Under the pieces are notes generated by a model. The model worked only from the letters and a program-made list of their open reading frames with translations. It ran no database searches and was not told where the DNA came from. A program made the position numbers and the translations under genes. Below are positions 26,692-39,650 of a DNA stretch of 64,000 nt, piece by piece. Each line of letters begins with the position of its first letter. Position 1 is the stretch's first letter. The DNA comes from Octopus sinensis (taxonomy: Eukaryota), in contig NC_043007.1 of NCBI RefSeq assembly GCF_006345805.1, positions 23,498,001 to 23,562,000 of the forward strand, given 5' to 3'.

Positions 26692-27286
26692 GTATGTTAT
26701 TTACCCATTTCTGTAGTTGCGCCAAACAGTTGGCTAGAGTAGGTTCGCATAACACGGCTAGCAGAATATGCTATTGCATTATAGAGTTCTCTATCTACAT
26801 TGTGCATTGCCCATCACTGTCGCCCGTTTGTTTAAACAATGGAGAATTTACGTATCCATATTAACTTGTCCTGTGTTTTTGTATAATTTTACTACGCTCT
26901 ACAAACAAGAATTAATCACCATGTGTTTTTAGAATATATATGTATATTGTGCGAAGTGTTCATTAATATTTTCTCAGGTCCCCTCTCAGCAGAGTATATT
27001 TGTGTACACAACGGCTAATACATACACGGGTGAGATGAAAAATTAATATTAATATTCATGTTTGTATATCCACATGTAATGTTCCTGTATATCTTTGGAT
27101 GATGTGTACACGATTACATTATGACACGAAATACATTAGAATGCGGCGATTTCATTATAATACGTGTTAAGTAAATTCATAAGTACTTGCGCATATACAC
27201 ATAACAATATATTTATAATTTATATATATATATATATCTTGCATTTATACATACTTACATGTATACAGTATAAATATATATATATA

Positions 27287-27334
<48 letters not shown>

Positions 27335-27375
27335 TTTATACATACCTATATGTACATACAGCTATACATATATAT

Positions 27376-27930
27376 ATGTATGGGCGCAGGACGTCACGAA
27401 ACGTATACAACAAAAAAGTACGAAGCACGAGTAGATGGAACATGAATTATTCTTTCGAACAACGAAAGACACAAGTGGAAAACAAAACAAGCAACATAAA
27501 GAACGACCCTTCATCAGTTGTTGGCTGTTTTTCTAGTCTCGTATTTCAAGCATTTAACGACAATATACGCTTTCGATAAAACAGTTGCTCCCGCAAAGTA
27601 AATTAAATAAGATTTGGGATTTTGCAGTGGGTCAAAATTGGTAACACAAACAGGACAGTGAAAACAAACGGGAAGGGCTGCTAAGCCTATACTCAGTTGA
27701 GATGGCGAACCCGTAAATCAAGCTAGGATAGGAGGCAAACAAGAACACGTCTTCATTGTTCCAGCTACAACGGAGAGAAAGAAAGATGGCTGATGGACAC
27801 GTGGGAGCAAGAGAGGAGTGAGGGGGAGAATGTGACAGAGTAATAGGATACAATAGTGGGAGAAAAAGGAGGTAAAATAATAAGCGGGAGAAAAAGAGAG
27901 AAAAAGGAAAGAGTAAAAAGATCATATAGA
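27376..27930 (-). mobile_element. Probable Penelope-like element terminal region
   Basis: Minus-strand CTGATGAAGG...CGAAA motif followed by a purine/pyrimidine-skewed tract, typical of PLE pseudo-LTRs. Classified by motif only. Confidence 0.4.
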
Positions 27931-28056
27931 GTGCGCATCAGAATTATTAAGATAAAACTTACTTGGAGGAGGATGCGTGGTGTTCAATAATATAATAATA
28001 TAAATAATATATATATATGCATTTATACATACGTATATGTCCATACATATATGTGT

Positions 28057-28100
<44 letters not shown>

Positions 28101-28196
28101 AGATATATGTACATATATACATACATATCAGAGATTTATTATGATTATTATATATTAATATATATATATATATATCTGTATTATATATATATACAA

Positions 28197-28253
<57 letters not shown>

Positions 28254-28497
28254 ATATATATAAAATATATATATTTGTGTGTGTATGTACGCATATATGT
28301 TTATGTATATAGTAGGTTATATCTGTCAGTTTTATATGCTGTACATATATACATTTGCCATCTGAGGTCGACTTAATCAAGTTTATTCTCCCTTGATATG
28401 TGATCTTGTGCCAAAGTTAGAAATTATTATCATTATTGATTTTGTCCCTTCATCCATTGCTAATGTAACAAAGAAAAGAAATTATTACTGTTTTTGT

Positions 28498-28533
<36 letters not shown>

Positions 28534-28559
28534 CGACGACGATGACGATGATGATGACA

Positions 28560-28900
28560 ATCATATGTGCGCGACATGGTCACTGCATATGAAGATAAAA
28601 AGCGCATAACTTTTCAGAGGTGGGGGCACACTGTAGAATTTTTTTAATCAAGTAACCCATCCCGCTCAAAAGGTCCCTGGATAAGGGTTGTCTAAGGATG
28701 ATGAACGAAACACCCATGTTTCCAAAGGTGAATTATTCAAACCCCACTGAATTCTTCTCAACACATGGCTGTGGTGCTCCCCCACTATTCCGACTCGTGA
28801 TCAGAGATGCACATGTCATCAGCCACTGGTTAAGTTCAAGCATCTGACAAGCAAATTTGTGGTATTGAGCAGAATATTTACCGTGGCCCATCTTGGTATT
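28560..28900. mobile_element. Fragment of a dispersed repeat also present at 63596-64000
   Basis: Collinear blocks such as atatgtgcgcgacatggt, cccatcccgctcaaa.ggtccct and gtgatcagagatgcacat occur in both copies. Confidence 0.7.
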
Positions 28901-30414
28901 GAGCAGAATATTTGTATTATCATCATTATTAATATTATCATCATCATTATTATAATTTGATACTATGTGGATATAGTGAAAGAGGTTGTGTGACGAACGC
29001 GGGTGAAAGGACAGATACCTTCCCCATCGGTGGATTACATAATGTAGTTTGTTCAAGAGGAGAGTAATTTATTCGGGATATCTAGTCGGTACCAGTCAAA
29101 CAGTTTAGACAGCTTGAGACTTTTGTAAGGATTCTACAGACCACACTCCTACGAGCTACACATACGTACAGTCCTGGACTGCACCTATGATACCATTCCA
29201 GTCTCTCAAATGCACTAACGAGTAAGACATTTCGAATAAAGTTCCTAGACTCCGACCGTCTTGCCCTGGTCGAGTATGAACGCTCGATATCCTAAAGGTA
29301 CCACCTTCTCTGTTGTTCATATCGGAGACCACCGATTTACCATCCGATTCAAGAAAGATTATCCTTTCATCACAATCCAATACTTTCCGAAACAACACCG
29401 ACAAATCGCTTGATCAGTGCACCACCCCCCTCCCCAAAAAATGTGCACAACTCGTCGTTGCCGATAGAGAGCACGTGCGTCTCGGAAATCCTGGTTTTGC
29501 TTTTGATATCCACATTCTGTATCTTGTGATCTGAGACCGTTAAGCAAAGGACCCAGCTTCCAAGCCGATTCAAGTTGCACTATTTATATATGGCCGATTT
29601 TCAGTTCCAACATGTGACTGGAAATAAATTGAAAAATTTACTAGAATGTCCGATTTTCGGGTTCAGCGTCTTGCAATAATCTCCTCAAAAAGTATTTGCA
29701 TATTTCAGTCATGTTCCTCATCAGAAGTCTGTATGATGCTTCCCGCGACCCTACTGGCATTTTTTCTTTGTTCTGCTTTGTACACTCCATCAAGTCAATA
29801 TGACATTCTTTTTCCCTTTGAAGATTTTTTCGTTTTCATCTTAAATAAGCGATTGTAACGTGAATTACATAAGTTTCCCATTCAGGAACATGCAAAGACC
29901 GTCAACTTCACTTAAACGTTTAATTGTAATATAATGTCGAAATTTTCGTCGCTCGAAATTGCGGCCTGTTCCCTGACAAAAAAAAAAGAAAAAAAAAGAA
30001 TTAGCTACATCTCAGCAAAATTGCTTGTCAGTGAACGGTTCGCAGTTTCAAGCAGCGAATATTTTGATACTATATTACAAATAAATGTTTAAATGAGGTT
30101 GACGGCCTTTGTGCTTTCTGAATAGCTTAACATATGTCTTCCAAGCTTCAATTACTTTAGATTTAGCTCACTTTCCCAGATCAAAATTCTTGCTGATATT
30201 TTAAATGAGTTGCTAAGAAGATGGGGTTTTTCTAAAACGAATTAGACCACTCGCAGGGGATGAAACTATGAAATGCCAATCCTTTACTTTCACAGTTACC
30301 TCTGCATCAAAATACGTTAAAATTTAACGAAAATTTAACAAATCCCTAATCGCGAAAATATACGATAAATGTTTCTAAAATTCACAAACTGAAATCAAAT
30401 ATGATTTGCTTGAA

Positions 30415-30422
30415 CAGTAGTA

Positions 30423-30487
<65 letters not shown>

Positions 30488-30525
30488 TTGGTGGTGGTGA
30501 TGGTGGTGGTGGTGGTGGTAGTGTG

Positions 30526-30586
<61 letters not shown>

Positions 30587-30587
30587 C
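30415..30587. repeat. (TAG)n/(TGG)n microsatellite
   Basis: Direct reading. Confidence 0.97.
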
Positions 30588-31482
30588 CGCAGCAACAACA
30601 ACATTAGTTTTAGGCCCAAGAGCATCATTTTTGACCCTAGTACTTTGACGGGTACTTTATTCTATCCTGATTCCCCGAAGACATGAAAGGCTAAGTTTAC
30701 CTCGGTGGGATTTGAACTAATGAACGCAAAGAGTCGAAAGACATACTACACGGCACTTCTTCTGACCTTCAATCAACTGTGCCAATACACCACTGCAAAG
30801 GTACAAGTCCATAAACTGGTGGGAGGAGGATTAGTCGATCAAATTGACCCCCAATACTTGACTCTCGCTTCGTTTTTCTGACGTTTTGGGTTTTTGTTTT
30901 TACCTGTGTGTGCAATTAAGTCAATGTTCTTGATCTCATCGGGAGATTTACGATTGATGATTTAATACTTGTTTATGATCTGTCGTTGAATACCAAGTTA
31001 ATTAATTGTAAATTTAGATTAATGTCAGTAAGAAGGTCATAGATGTAGGATGAATAATTTGTGACATTTTACAATATACAACCCTATTACAAAATAAAAC
31101 AAAAGGGGATATAACATTACAATGAGGTATAAGCATCGATGTATAGTTATGAAGTTCGCACTGCAGCATCGCGGATCCTGGTTCGAAATTATTGTGCGGT
31201 ACCTTGGGCAAGAGTCTTCTACTGTAGCGTCAAGGTGGTCAGTACCTCGTGAAGAATGGAATATGGTAGAAGGAAACTGTGCTAAAGACTATCATGTCTG
31301 TGTATACATGATAGTCTTACCACACTAAAATTTCGAAATTTGTACGGGGAAGGAGTTGTTCGTTTCGATATTGTTTATTACACTTCTGTCCTGATCAAGC
31401 AAACCTATAACAAAAAAGGCGTTCCAGCCTTGACCATCTTGTTTTTTATTCAGACATTGTTTCTAGGACTACCTATCCAATG

Positions 31483-31786
31483 TGGAGGCACATGGCCTAG
31501 TGGTCAGAGTAGCGGACTCGCGGTCGAAGGATCGCGGGTTCGAATTTCAGACCAGGCGATGTGTGTGTTTATGAGCGAAACACCTAAGCTCCACGCGGCT
31601 CCGGCAGAAGGTAATGGCGAAATTCTGCTGACTCTTTCGCCAACAACTTTCTCTCACTCTTTCCTCCTGCATCTTGAAGCTCACCTGCGACGGACCGGCG
31701 TCCCGTCCAGGTGGGGAACCTATACGCCAAGGAAACCGGGAAACCGGCCCTGATGAGCCAGGCATGGTTCGAGAAGGAACAAACAA
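31483..31786 (+). mobile_element. SINE family C2, full length, with 15-bp target-site duplication
   Basis: TSD actacctatccaatg at 31468-31482 and 31787-31801, tRNA-like head, tail ending (acaa)n. Confidence 0.92.
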
Positions 31787-32844
31787 ACTACCTATCCAAT
31801 GAGAACTCTTTCCAAGATATTTACACGTGACGTGAGAAAGATTTGACTAGTATTTCTAGCAGACTGAGCGACCACATAGAAAAGATACTTCGTTGGCTTG
31901 AGGTACCGACATTAAGTGAAGATTAGATCTTATTACAATGTTGTTAGCACGGGAATCATTGGAATGAACGCTAATCAAAATTCCTGCATTTCAACCTTTT
32001 CATCAAAATGCTCTGCTGTCTCAGATTTGCAAAAGAATTAAAAGTACCTCCGTTCAGTTTGTTGTATGGTTTCACCTTGCTCATCTCTTATCTGCTGAGG
32101 AATTTTTATCATCAAGTGTTATTTATCTCAGCTCCTTCACCTTAGATACTTCAAAAACTGTTACAACAGCACAACGCAAGTAATATTACAATCTTTCGTT
32201 CTCCTTTCTGTCATCAACCGGACGCATACCAAAATATTAATACTCCTTTCTACTAAAAGCACAAGGCCTAAAATTGGGGAGAAGGGACTAGTCGATTAAT
32301 TTATCGACCCCCAAAGGGTGAAAGTGGAGGCACATTGCCTAGTGGTTAGAGCAGCGGACTCGCGGTTGAGGTATCAGACCGGGCGATATGTGTGTTTATG
32401 AGCGAAACACCTAAGCTCCACGCTTATATATATATATATTATATAATGTGTACATATTTGTGTGAGAGTGTCTTTGTGATATGTTTTTGCGTCTCCATCC
32501 ACTTAGCGGTTCGGCAAAAGAGACAGATAAAATAAATAACTGACTTGATAAATACAGTAAATATATGAATCGTTTTACGCGACTGAAACACTTCGGGGGG
32601 ATACCCCAGCATGACTGCCGTCCAATGACTGATACAAGTGAAAGATAAAAGATAGCTTGATACTGGGTAAACAATATTTAAATAAAAAGTAGTTTGTAAG
32701 TTGGAGGTATCAACTCAAACTGCGGTAGGTTCAGTATTTAGAATCTAGAATTATTAATATTATTTTTTTTCTCTTCTTTTAGATTAATTTCATTTATTTA
32801 TTTATATATTTATTTGTTTAATTATTTGTTTATTTGAAAATTAG

Positions 32845-32956
32845 AAAACGAGGAAGGCCAAGAAGATAATGAATTCAGCAGTACCCATTTATACTTGAAA
32901 GGACAGATGATGTTGGTGGAAGACTGGAATTGTTTAATGTTTCTCGGAACACCCGT
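32845..32956 (+). CDS. Gyc88E: Gyc88E-like sGC exon (PAS), (E)NEEGQEDNEFSSTHLYLKGQMMLVEDWNCLMFLGTP(V)
   Basis: Contains the sGC hallmark L.LKGQM...W...FLGTP. Acceptor attag, donor GT|GTAAGT, phase 1 to 2. The exact acceptor is slightly uncertain because an in-frame AG also exists at 32862. Not in the ORF track. Confidence 0.9.
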
Positions 32957-33129
32957 GTAAGTATTGATCTAATTTGTGATTAATCGGGAACTTTGGTATT
33001 ACGAGTAAGTTAAGATGTTTTGGTTGGGGCACATCTGGAACGGGGTTTGGACAGCCGAAATTTGAAGAGCTGATATCTAAAATATAACTGCGATATGATA
33101 ATAAAAATAATAATGGTTTCAAGCTTTGT

Positions 33130-33341
33130 TGCAAGAGAAGCAATTTTGGGGAAGGGGACTTGTCGATTACACCGCCCCCAGACTTCAACTGGTACTTATT
33201 TTATCGACCTCGAAAGAATGAAAGGCAAGGTCGACCTCGGCGGAATTTGAACTCAGAACGGAGCGACGGACGAAATGACGGTAAGCAGTCCGTCCAGCAC
33301 GATAACGATTCCGCCAGCCCACAGTTATATATAATAATATC

Positions 33342-33378
<37 letters not shown>

Positions 33379-33640
33379 TAATAATAATAATAATAATAAT
33401 AATGATGATGATGATGATGATGATCGTTTCTACTGGAGGCACAAAGCCACAAATTTGTGGGGAGGGGACTAGTCGATTACATAGACCCCAGTGTTTCACT
33501 GGTATTTACTTTATCGACCTCGGAAAGATGAAACGCAAAGTCGGCCTCGGCGGAATTTGAAACCAGAACGTCGTGACGGACGAAATACCACTTAGCATTT
33601 CGTCCAGCGTGCTAACGTTTCTGCCAGCATGCCGCCTTAG
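33130..33640 (-). mobile_element. Two SINE family A copies separated by (TAA)n(TGA)n
   Basis: Core and head motifs at 33130-33320 and 33440-33640. Confidence 0.8.
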
Positions 33641-33656
33641 CTAAAAAATAATAATG

Positions 33657-33698
<42 letters not shown>

Positions 33699-33856
33699 GT
33701 GATTTCAAGGCTAACAATTTTGGGGGAGGGAATAGTCGATTACATCGATCTCAGTACGCAATCAGTACTTATTTCGTTGACAGACAGGTAGTCATAGTGA
33801 GTATACTGGTCATTATATATTTATACGCCAGTGTCACTTTGATGGCATGTATATTA

Positions 33857-33925
<69 letters not shown>

Positions 33926-34327
33926 ACTAGCAGTATCGCCCGGCGTTGCTCGGGTTTGTAAGGGAAATAACTATATAAGCATTTTTAGAGAGTTATAGCC
34001 AAAAAATAGCAAAAAAATGCATTAAAAATGGAAAAAAAATTATGGTAATTTTTTTTTTAATCGTTGACTCATCGTAGACATTTTTAGAGAGTTAGTTCCC
34101 TTATATAATAGCGAAAAAACGCATTAAAATGGAAAAAAATGATGGTAATTTTTTTTTTTAATCGTAGACTCATCGTAGATGCGCGCTAATACCCAGAAGG
34201 GCTCGATATGAATCACGACTATAAGATACCCGGTTTTGGTTAAACTGCACTGCAAAATGTGGGAGTAGTTAGGAATCTAAATCATAGGAGACAGACAGCA
34301 CACAACCTCACTTTTATATATAAAGAT
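33926..34327 (+). mobile_element. Non-autonomous Helitron/Helentron-like element
   Basis: Starts ACTAG plus subterminal hairpin (cgcccggcgttgctcggg), has an internal direct duplication and a gacagacagc micro-repeat, ends ttttatatataaagat, and sits in (TA)n. Resembles Lep1/DINE-type architecture; class assignment is inference. Confidence 0.6.
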
Positions 34328-34366
34328 ATATATATATATATATATATATTGAATTTTTTTTTACAG

Positions 34367-34496
34367 AATGAAATCATTGGACAATATGTTTGCCACCGGA
34401 CTCTTTATTAATGACCTTAGTATGCATGATTGTAGCCGAGATTTGGTCTTGGCTGGACATCAGCAGTCAGCAGAATTGAAACTTGCTCTAGACCAG
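34367..34496 (+). CDS. Gyc88E: Gyc88E-like sGC exon (PAS end / coiled-coil start), [43 protein letters not shown]
   Basis: [29 protein letters not shown] is characteristic of Gyc88E/Gyc89-type atypical sGCs. Acceptor tttttttttacag, donor CAG|GTAAGG, phase 2 to 0. Confidence 0.95.
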
Positions 34497-34882
34497 GTAA
34501 GGACTATTCTCATTCTTATTCTTTTTTCATTCTTCAGTTCTTACAGGATTCTTAATGACGAAATTCTAAATTAGTTATACCACTTGGTGGAATGATTGGA
34601 CCCTCCACTATCTGCTTAGTTTTCAAGGGTCTGGCATGTTCTGGATATTATTCGCTGTCATGGTTTTATGCTATGATATAGATACCGAGATGAGCATGTG
34701 TAGTACCATAGTGTGTCATATACAGTGAGTATTTTGTTGTGGTTGTTGTTGCTTTCGTTGTTGCTGTTGTTGCTTAGACTTAAAGTATCCTTGGCAAAAT
34801 AGACAAATACAGGTATGTTAAATACTATACAACTTAAGCTCTTGATTTAATAGAATTATCTCTGCCTCTGAAGCATATGCCA

Positions 34883-35200
34883 TAATTGTTGTTGTTGTTT
34901 ATTCCGTCTCGAGCCACGCCTGGCTCATAAGGGCCAGTTTCCCGGTTTCCTTGGCGTGTAGGTTCCCCACCTGGACGGGACGCCGGTCGGTCGCAGGTGA
35001 GCTGCAAGATGCAGGAGGAAAGAGTGAAAGAAAGTTGTGGCAAAAGAGTCAGCAGAAGTTCGCCATTACCTTCTGCCGGAGCCGCGTGGAGCTTAGGTAT
35101 TTCGCTCGTAAACACACACATCGCTCGGTCTGAGATTCGAATCCGCGATCTCTCGACCGCGAGTCCGCTACTCTAACCACTAGGCCATGTGCCTCCACAT
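34883..35200 (-). mobile_element. SINE family C2, full length
   Basis: Reverse complement of 31483-31786, above 90% identical by eye. Confidence 0.9.
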
Positions 35201-36170
35201 GTGTCATAATTACTATATGGCAATTAAGACGAGTTCTACATAAGAAGGGGAGATAATTTTAAGAATAGAGAATTCTCCAGAAATGTCATATTGTTAAAGC
35301 AATAGAGTAATTATCTAGAAATAAGAGGACAGTCGTGTCTCAATAGCCGTCATCAGCACGACCTTATCTCCAGTAGCTAATGGACTTAGACTTAACCAAA
35401 AAAGAATAGATCTCTGATTAAAATCTTTATACATAGTGTGCAGGTTGATGGTCGAACGACTGAAGTGAACAAGAGATCTGTTGTCCCAGATGCCCCATAT
35501 CTCTAACTAGCAGAAGACTATGCTTCAACTCTCTGATATGCAATGAGGAATCGTATAGGATGCAATATGACAGTCTGTATCATTCCCACTATACAGTCTG
35601 TGTGTGCTTCATGTTGTTGCTAAGACAATCCCTCGATCAACCTTAATCGAGTAAGACCTATGTTCAAAGGTATTCCTGCAGTGACCATCCTGTCTTTTTA
35701 GGGTTTCGTAGTGCTATAACATCTAACATCTCCCTTCCTTATTTAAGACGGTGAGATGTGATTTGAGATAATTTGGTCGCTATTTGAATCGGGCTGCTGG
35801 CTTATACCTCTGTGCATTATCTTGATGACCCCGACATTAATGACCACCGGAGTGGGCACAGTTGGAGCGCGACAATTGCTGTTTTACTACACTTTCAAAT
35901 GCAGTTGCTTGAAACAAGTGTAAAGATCATGGGTCCCTGGCAATAAACTGAGAACCGGAAGATAAATTAACTGCGCTATATTTTCCCCATGAAAACCAAA
36001 TATGTAAATTTATAAACCAAATATTGTTTAGATTGATAAATGCCTATAGAATCTGTTATATTTTAGGTCGTAATATTCTTGCATACGCACATCATAAAAT
36101 TTTGCACTTACTGACCATAAAATATTAGGGAGGTCATTGTGAGTGATGTATGTTGCAGCAGTTGTTTTTG

Positions 36171-36308
36171 ACGATGATGATGATGATGATGATGACGATG
36201 GTGATGGTGATGGTGATGGTGATGACGACGATGATGACGATGACGAGGACGAGGACGATGACGATGATGATGATGGTGATGGTGATGGTGATGGTGATGA
36301 TGATGATG
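36171..36308. repeat. (GAT/GAC/GGT)n trinucleotide tract directly upstream of an acceptor
   Basis: Ends about 18 nt before the exon start at 36327. Confidence 0.95.
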
Positions 36309-36326
36309 TTTTTTTTTGTTTTTCAG

Positions 36327-36473
36327 GAGAAACTAAAGAGCGCTATTCTGGAGAAAAGCATGCAGAGATTGGACAAAGAAATGAAACGAACCGATACCTT
36401 ACTTTATCAGATGATTCCCAAAAGCGTGGCAGATCGCTTGAGGGATGGCGAAGACTCGTTAGATACATGCGAG
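36327..36473 (+). CDS. Gyc88E: Gyc88E-like sGC exon (coiled coil), [49 protein letters not shown]
   Basis: [19 protein letters not shown]...DTCE motif. Acceptor gtttttcag, donor GAG|GTGAGA, 147 nt, phase 0 to 0. Confidence 0.95.
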
Positions 36474-37754
36474 GTGAGAAAGATTTAACACCCAATTCTA
36501 GATATTATATTTAGTTTGTTAGTTTATGTGTGTACACATATATATGCTGAAATCTAGATTACAGAATTGTACTGGATTATTGTCATTGATGTTATTGTGT
36601 TATTATTATTATCTTATGAAAGCATTTAAGTGAAAAATGAGATAGAGAAAAGAGTACTCAATACAACTGGTAGGGTGTATTTTAGAAAATTTTATTCAAG
36701 TTGAAAAACTTAAGTCGTTTTCCGAGTTTTACGTTACCAATTTTCAGATGAAGATAAAGTTGTTGGAACAATATAAAACGTTAATGGCTGCTGGAAATAT
36801 TCATAGAAAAACAAGCATTTATTTTTCATTGGACAAAAGATGACCGCTAGAGCAAATTTCATTTTTCAAATATCATAATTTTAAGAAAGTGTTCAAAAAA
36901 ATTACTTTATGATTCGAACATTTATTAGTGTATCCGGCAGACACTAGCTAAAAGGTTAAAAACAATAACAGAGTCAATATGAAGTACTGGATTTTATACT
37001 TTAAAAGGAAAAAAACGCGGAGTAGTTTGCGAGAAATTGAAAGAGTTGAACAGACACGCAGATAGCTAGGGGTAATATAGCTTTTGGACATATTGGGAAT
37101 TAATGATGCTTCTGAATTTTAACAAACACATCGACACATTCGGATCACATTTTGGGTAAAGTGAACAGGCACAGACTTTTACGTAAAGTAAAAACGGCGG
37201 AAAATACTAAGCACACAGAAAAATTATAATAGTCTAGACTTCGATCAAATACTGAAATATGTGTGATATATGTTGCCAAAAGTTTTTTTTTAACTTGAAT
37301 ATTCTAAAGATATAGAAGATCGTAATTAATGTTTGATCATAATTAATAACAGCTATTGACAAACATCGAAAAGGTAGCAAAGCATAGTAAATCACGTTAT
37401 GCGATAGTTAAAAGTTCAAATTCCAACACATTAACATTTTCATAGGATAGGGATTGTGGATCAGCTGGGCAGATCATCTCAAACATAACCAACATCTATT
37501 TATATGGAGAGTTGTGCCTGTAAAAGATTTCCTTATTTCAAAAATTGCCCAGTCTACGTACCCGAAAAGAAGCTGAATCTGGTTCCTTTAAAAACCAAAT
37601 GTATTTGGACAAGCTCGTTGAATATCAAAACTTTTGATATTCGAAAAAACACTTTTTTTCAAACAACGAAAAATACAGAGAAACGAGACATACAACATAA
37701 AGAATATTCCCCTTCTTCAGTTATCCTAGTTTCATCTACTCCGCGTTTCGAAAG

Positions 37755-37824
<70 letters not shown>

Positions 37825-38104
37825 ATATATATGTGTATGAATTTGTGCATGATATATATATATATATATAATACACAAATGTGTGTGAATTGATCTAGCA
37901 CTTCATCCGTGTATATCTGTTCATCTTCCTCTGTCTTCCTATCTACCTATCTATCTGCCAATTTATCTGCCTCTCTATAAGGCACAAAAAGAAAATGACT
38001 CTCCCCAGACACAACAGCATATGCTTCAACACACGAATTCACATAAGGAATCTTGCAAACCAAACGAAATACCTATTTATACTTATTTATCTCTGTAATT
38101 TCAG

Positions 38105-38251
38105 ATGTTCGATAGTGTAACAATCCTATTTAGTGATGTTGTCGGCTTTACAAGTATCTGCAGTATGATTACCCCCATGGAAGTCGTTGGATTGCTGAAC
38201 TCCATGTACACAATATTCGACAACATCAGCGAGAAACACCAAGTATATAAG
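38105..38251 (+). CDS. Gyc88E: Gyc88E-like sGC exon (cyclase domain start), [49 protein letters not shown]
   Basis: [12 protein letters not shown] class III cyclase motif with the first metal-binding Asp. Acceptor gtaatttcag, donor AAG|GTAACA, 147 nt. Missed by the ORF track. Confidence 0.95.
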
Positions 38252-39109
38252 GTAACATAGACTTTATTTAATATAAATACATATATTTTCAGTTGAAATT
38301 TCTTCGCGTTGTGTGATTGATTTACTTGTCGTTACTCGCTCGCTCCCTTAGCACAACATTCACATTTTTCTTCATTTTCCTGTAAATAGGTAAAGTATTA
38401 ATATAAGGCGCCGTTTATCATTGTAAACAACGATATAAGTTCAATTTCTAATATGGGTGTGGCTTATCCCAGTTATCTCAGCCACACTACATGAAGAGGA
38501 GTCTCCTACTGGTGCTCCTACGACCGAATATGTTTTACTACTGAATCTGTCTCTGTAAGAACGTCAGATCGGATGTTCTTTCAGTATTTGTTCTGGAAGG
38601 ATTTTGTTTGTTTGTTTGTTTGTTTTTTGGTAGGGGAGGCGTTCTGAGTTCGAATCGTGATATGGTCTACTTGGTGGTAGAATTAATCTATCGCCCGATT
38701 TAATGTCACCACCAAGCACTTTGGTTGCCTTTTGCGGAGTCCACTCTGTTGCATGCATCAGCAGGTGTCCGGTTTGAGGATACTTTTCCTCCTCCGGTCG
38801 GAGGCTCTTTAAAGGATCGTTGACACTGCCTTTTTATCGTAGCAAAACAAAATTTTAAATATTAACACGTGGTTTAGCGATATCAAGTTTGTTTAAAACT
38901 CCATCATTGCTAATTAGTTCAATATTTAATATTGGATTGGATTGTTCATGTTCATTCCACCGCATGACAAGGGTCTCAGAATGTTCTCTCCACCGGAGAC
39001 TGACTTGAGATCATATTGGTCTGACGATCCTACTCTGCCACACGGGCTCAACATGGCTTAGCAGAACCAGTGTTTTTTTTTTGTTTTTTTTATACTGTTT
39101 CCCAGGAGT

Positions 39110-39650
39110 AGTTATGTAGATTACGTCGACCCCAGTGCTCAACTGGTACTTATTTTATCGACCCCGAAAGGATGAAAGGCAAAATTGACCTCGGCTAAAA
39201 CTGAACTCAAAACGTAAAGACGGACGAAATACCTATTTCTTTACTACCCACAAGGGGCTAAACACAGAGAGGACAAACAAGGACAGACAAGCGGATTAAG
39301 TCGATTATATCGACCCCAGTGCGTAACTGGTATTTATTTAATCGACACCGAAAGGATAAAAGGCAAAGTCGACCTCGGCGAAATTTGAACTCAGAACGTA
39401 ACGGCAGAGGAAATACCTATTTCTTTACTACCCACAAGGGGCTAAACACAGAGAGGACAAACAAGGACAGACAAGCGGATTAAGTCGATTATATTGACCC
39501 CAGAGCGTAACTGGTACTTATTTAATCGACCCCGAAAGGATGAAAGGCAAAGTCGACCTCGGCAGAATTTGGACTCAGAACGTAACGGCAGACGAAATAC
39601 CTCTAAGCATTTCGCCCGGCGCGCTAACGATTCTGCCAGCTCGCCGCCTT
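39110..39650 (-). repeat. Tandem trimer of SINE family A, period 184 bp
   Basis: tatttctttactacccacaagggg at 39234 and 39418. Only the distal unit carries the head. Confidence 0.9.

Noticed and set aside
27453-27517. Intact CTGATGA...GAAA on the minus strand as an active hammerhead
   Set aside because: Stem II is mostly G-U pairs and no A15.1-U16.1 pair or UH site can be formed.
29060-29640. Relatively GC-rich unique stretch with short ORFs on both strands
   Set aside because: No motif or homology I can recognise; possibly an old TE fragment that cannot be called without a search.
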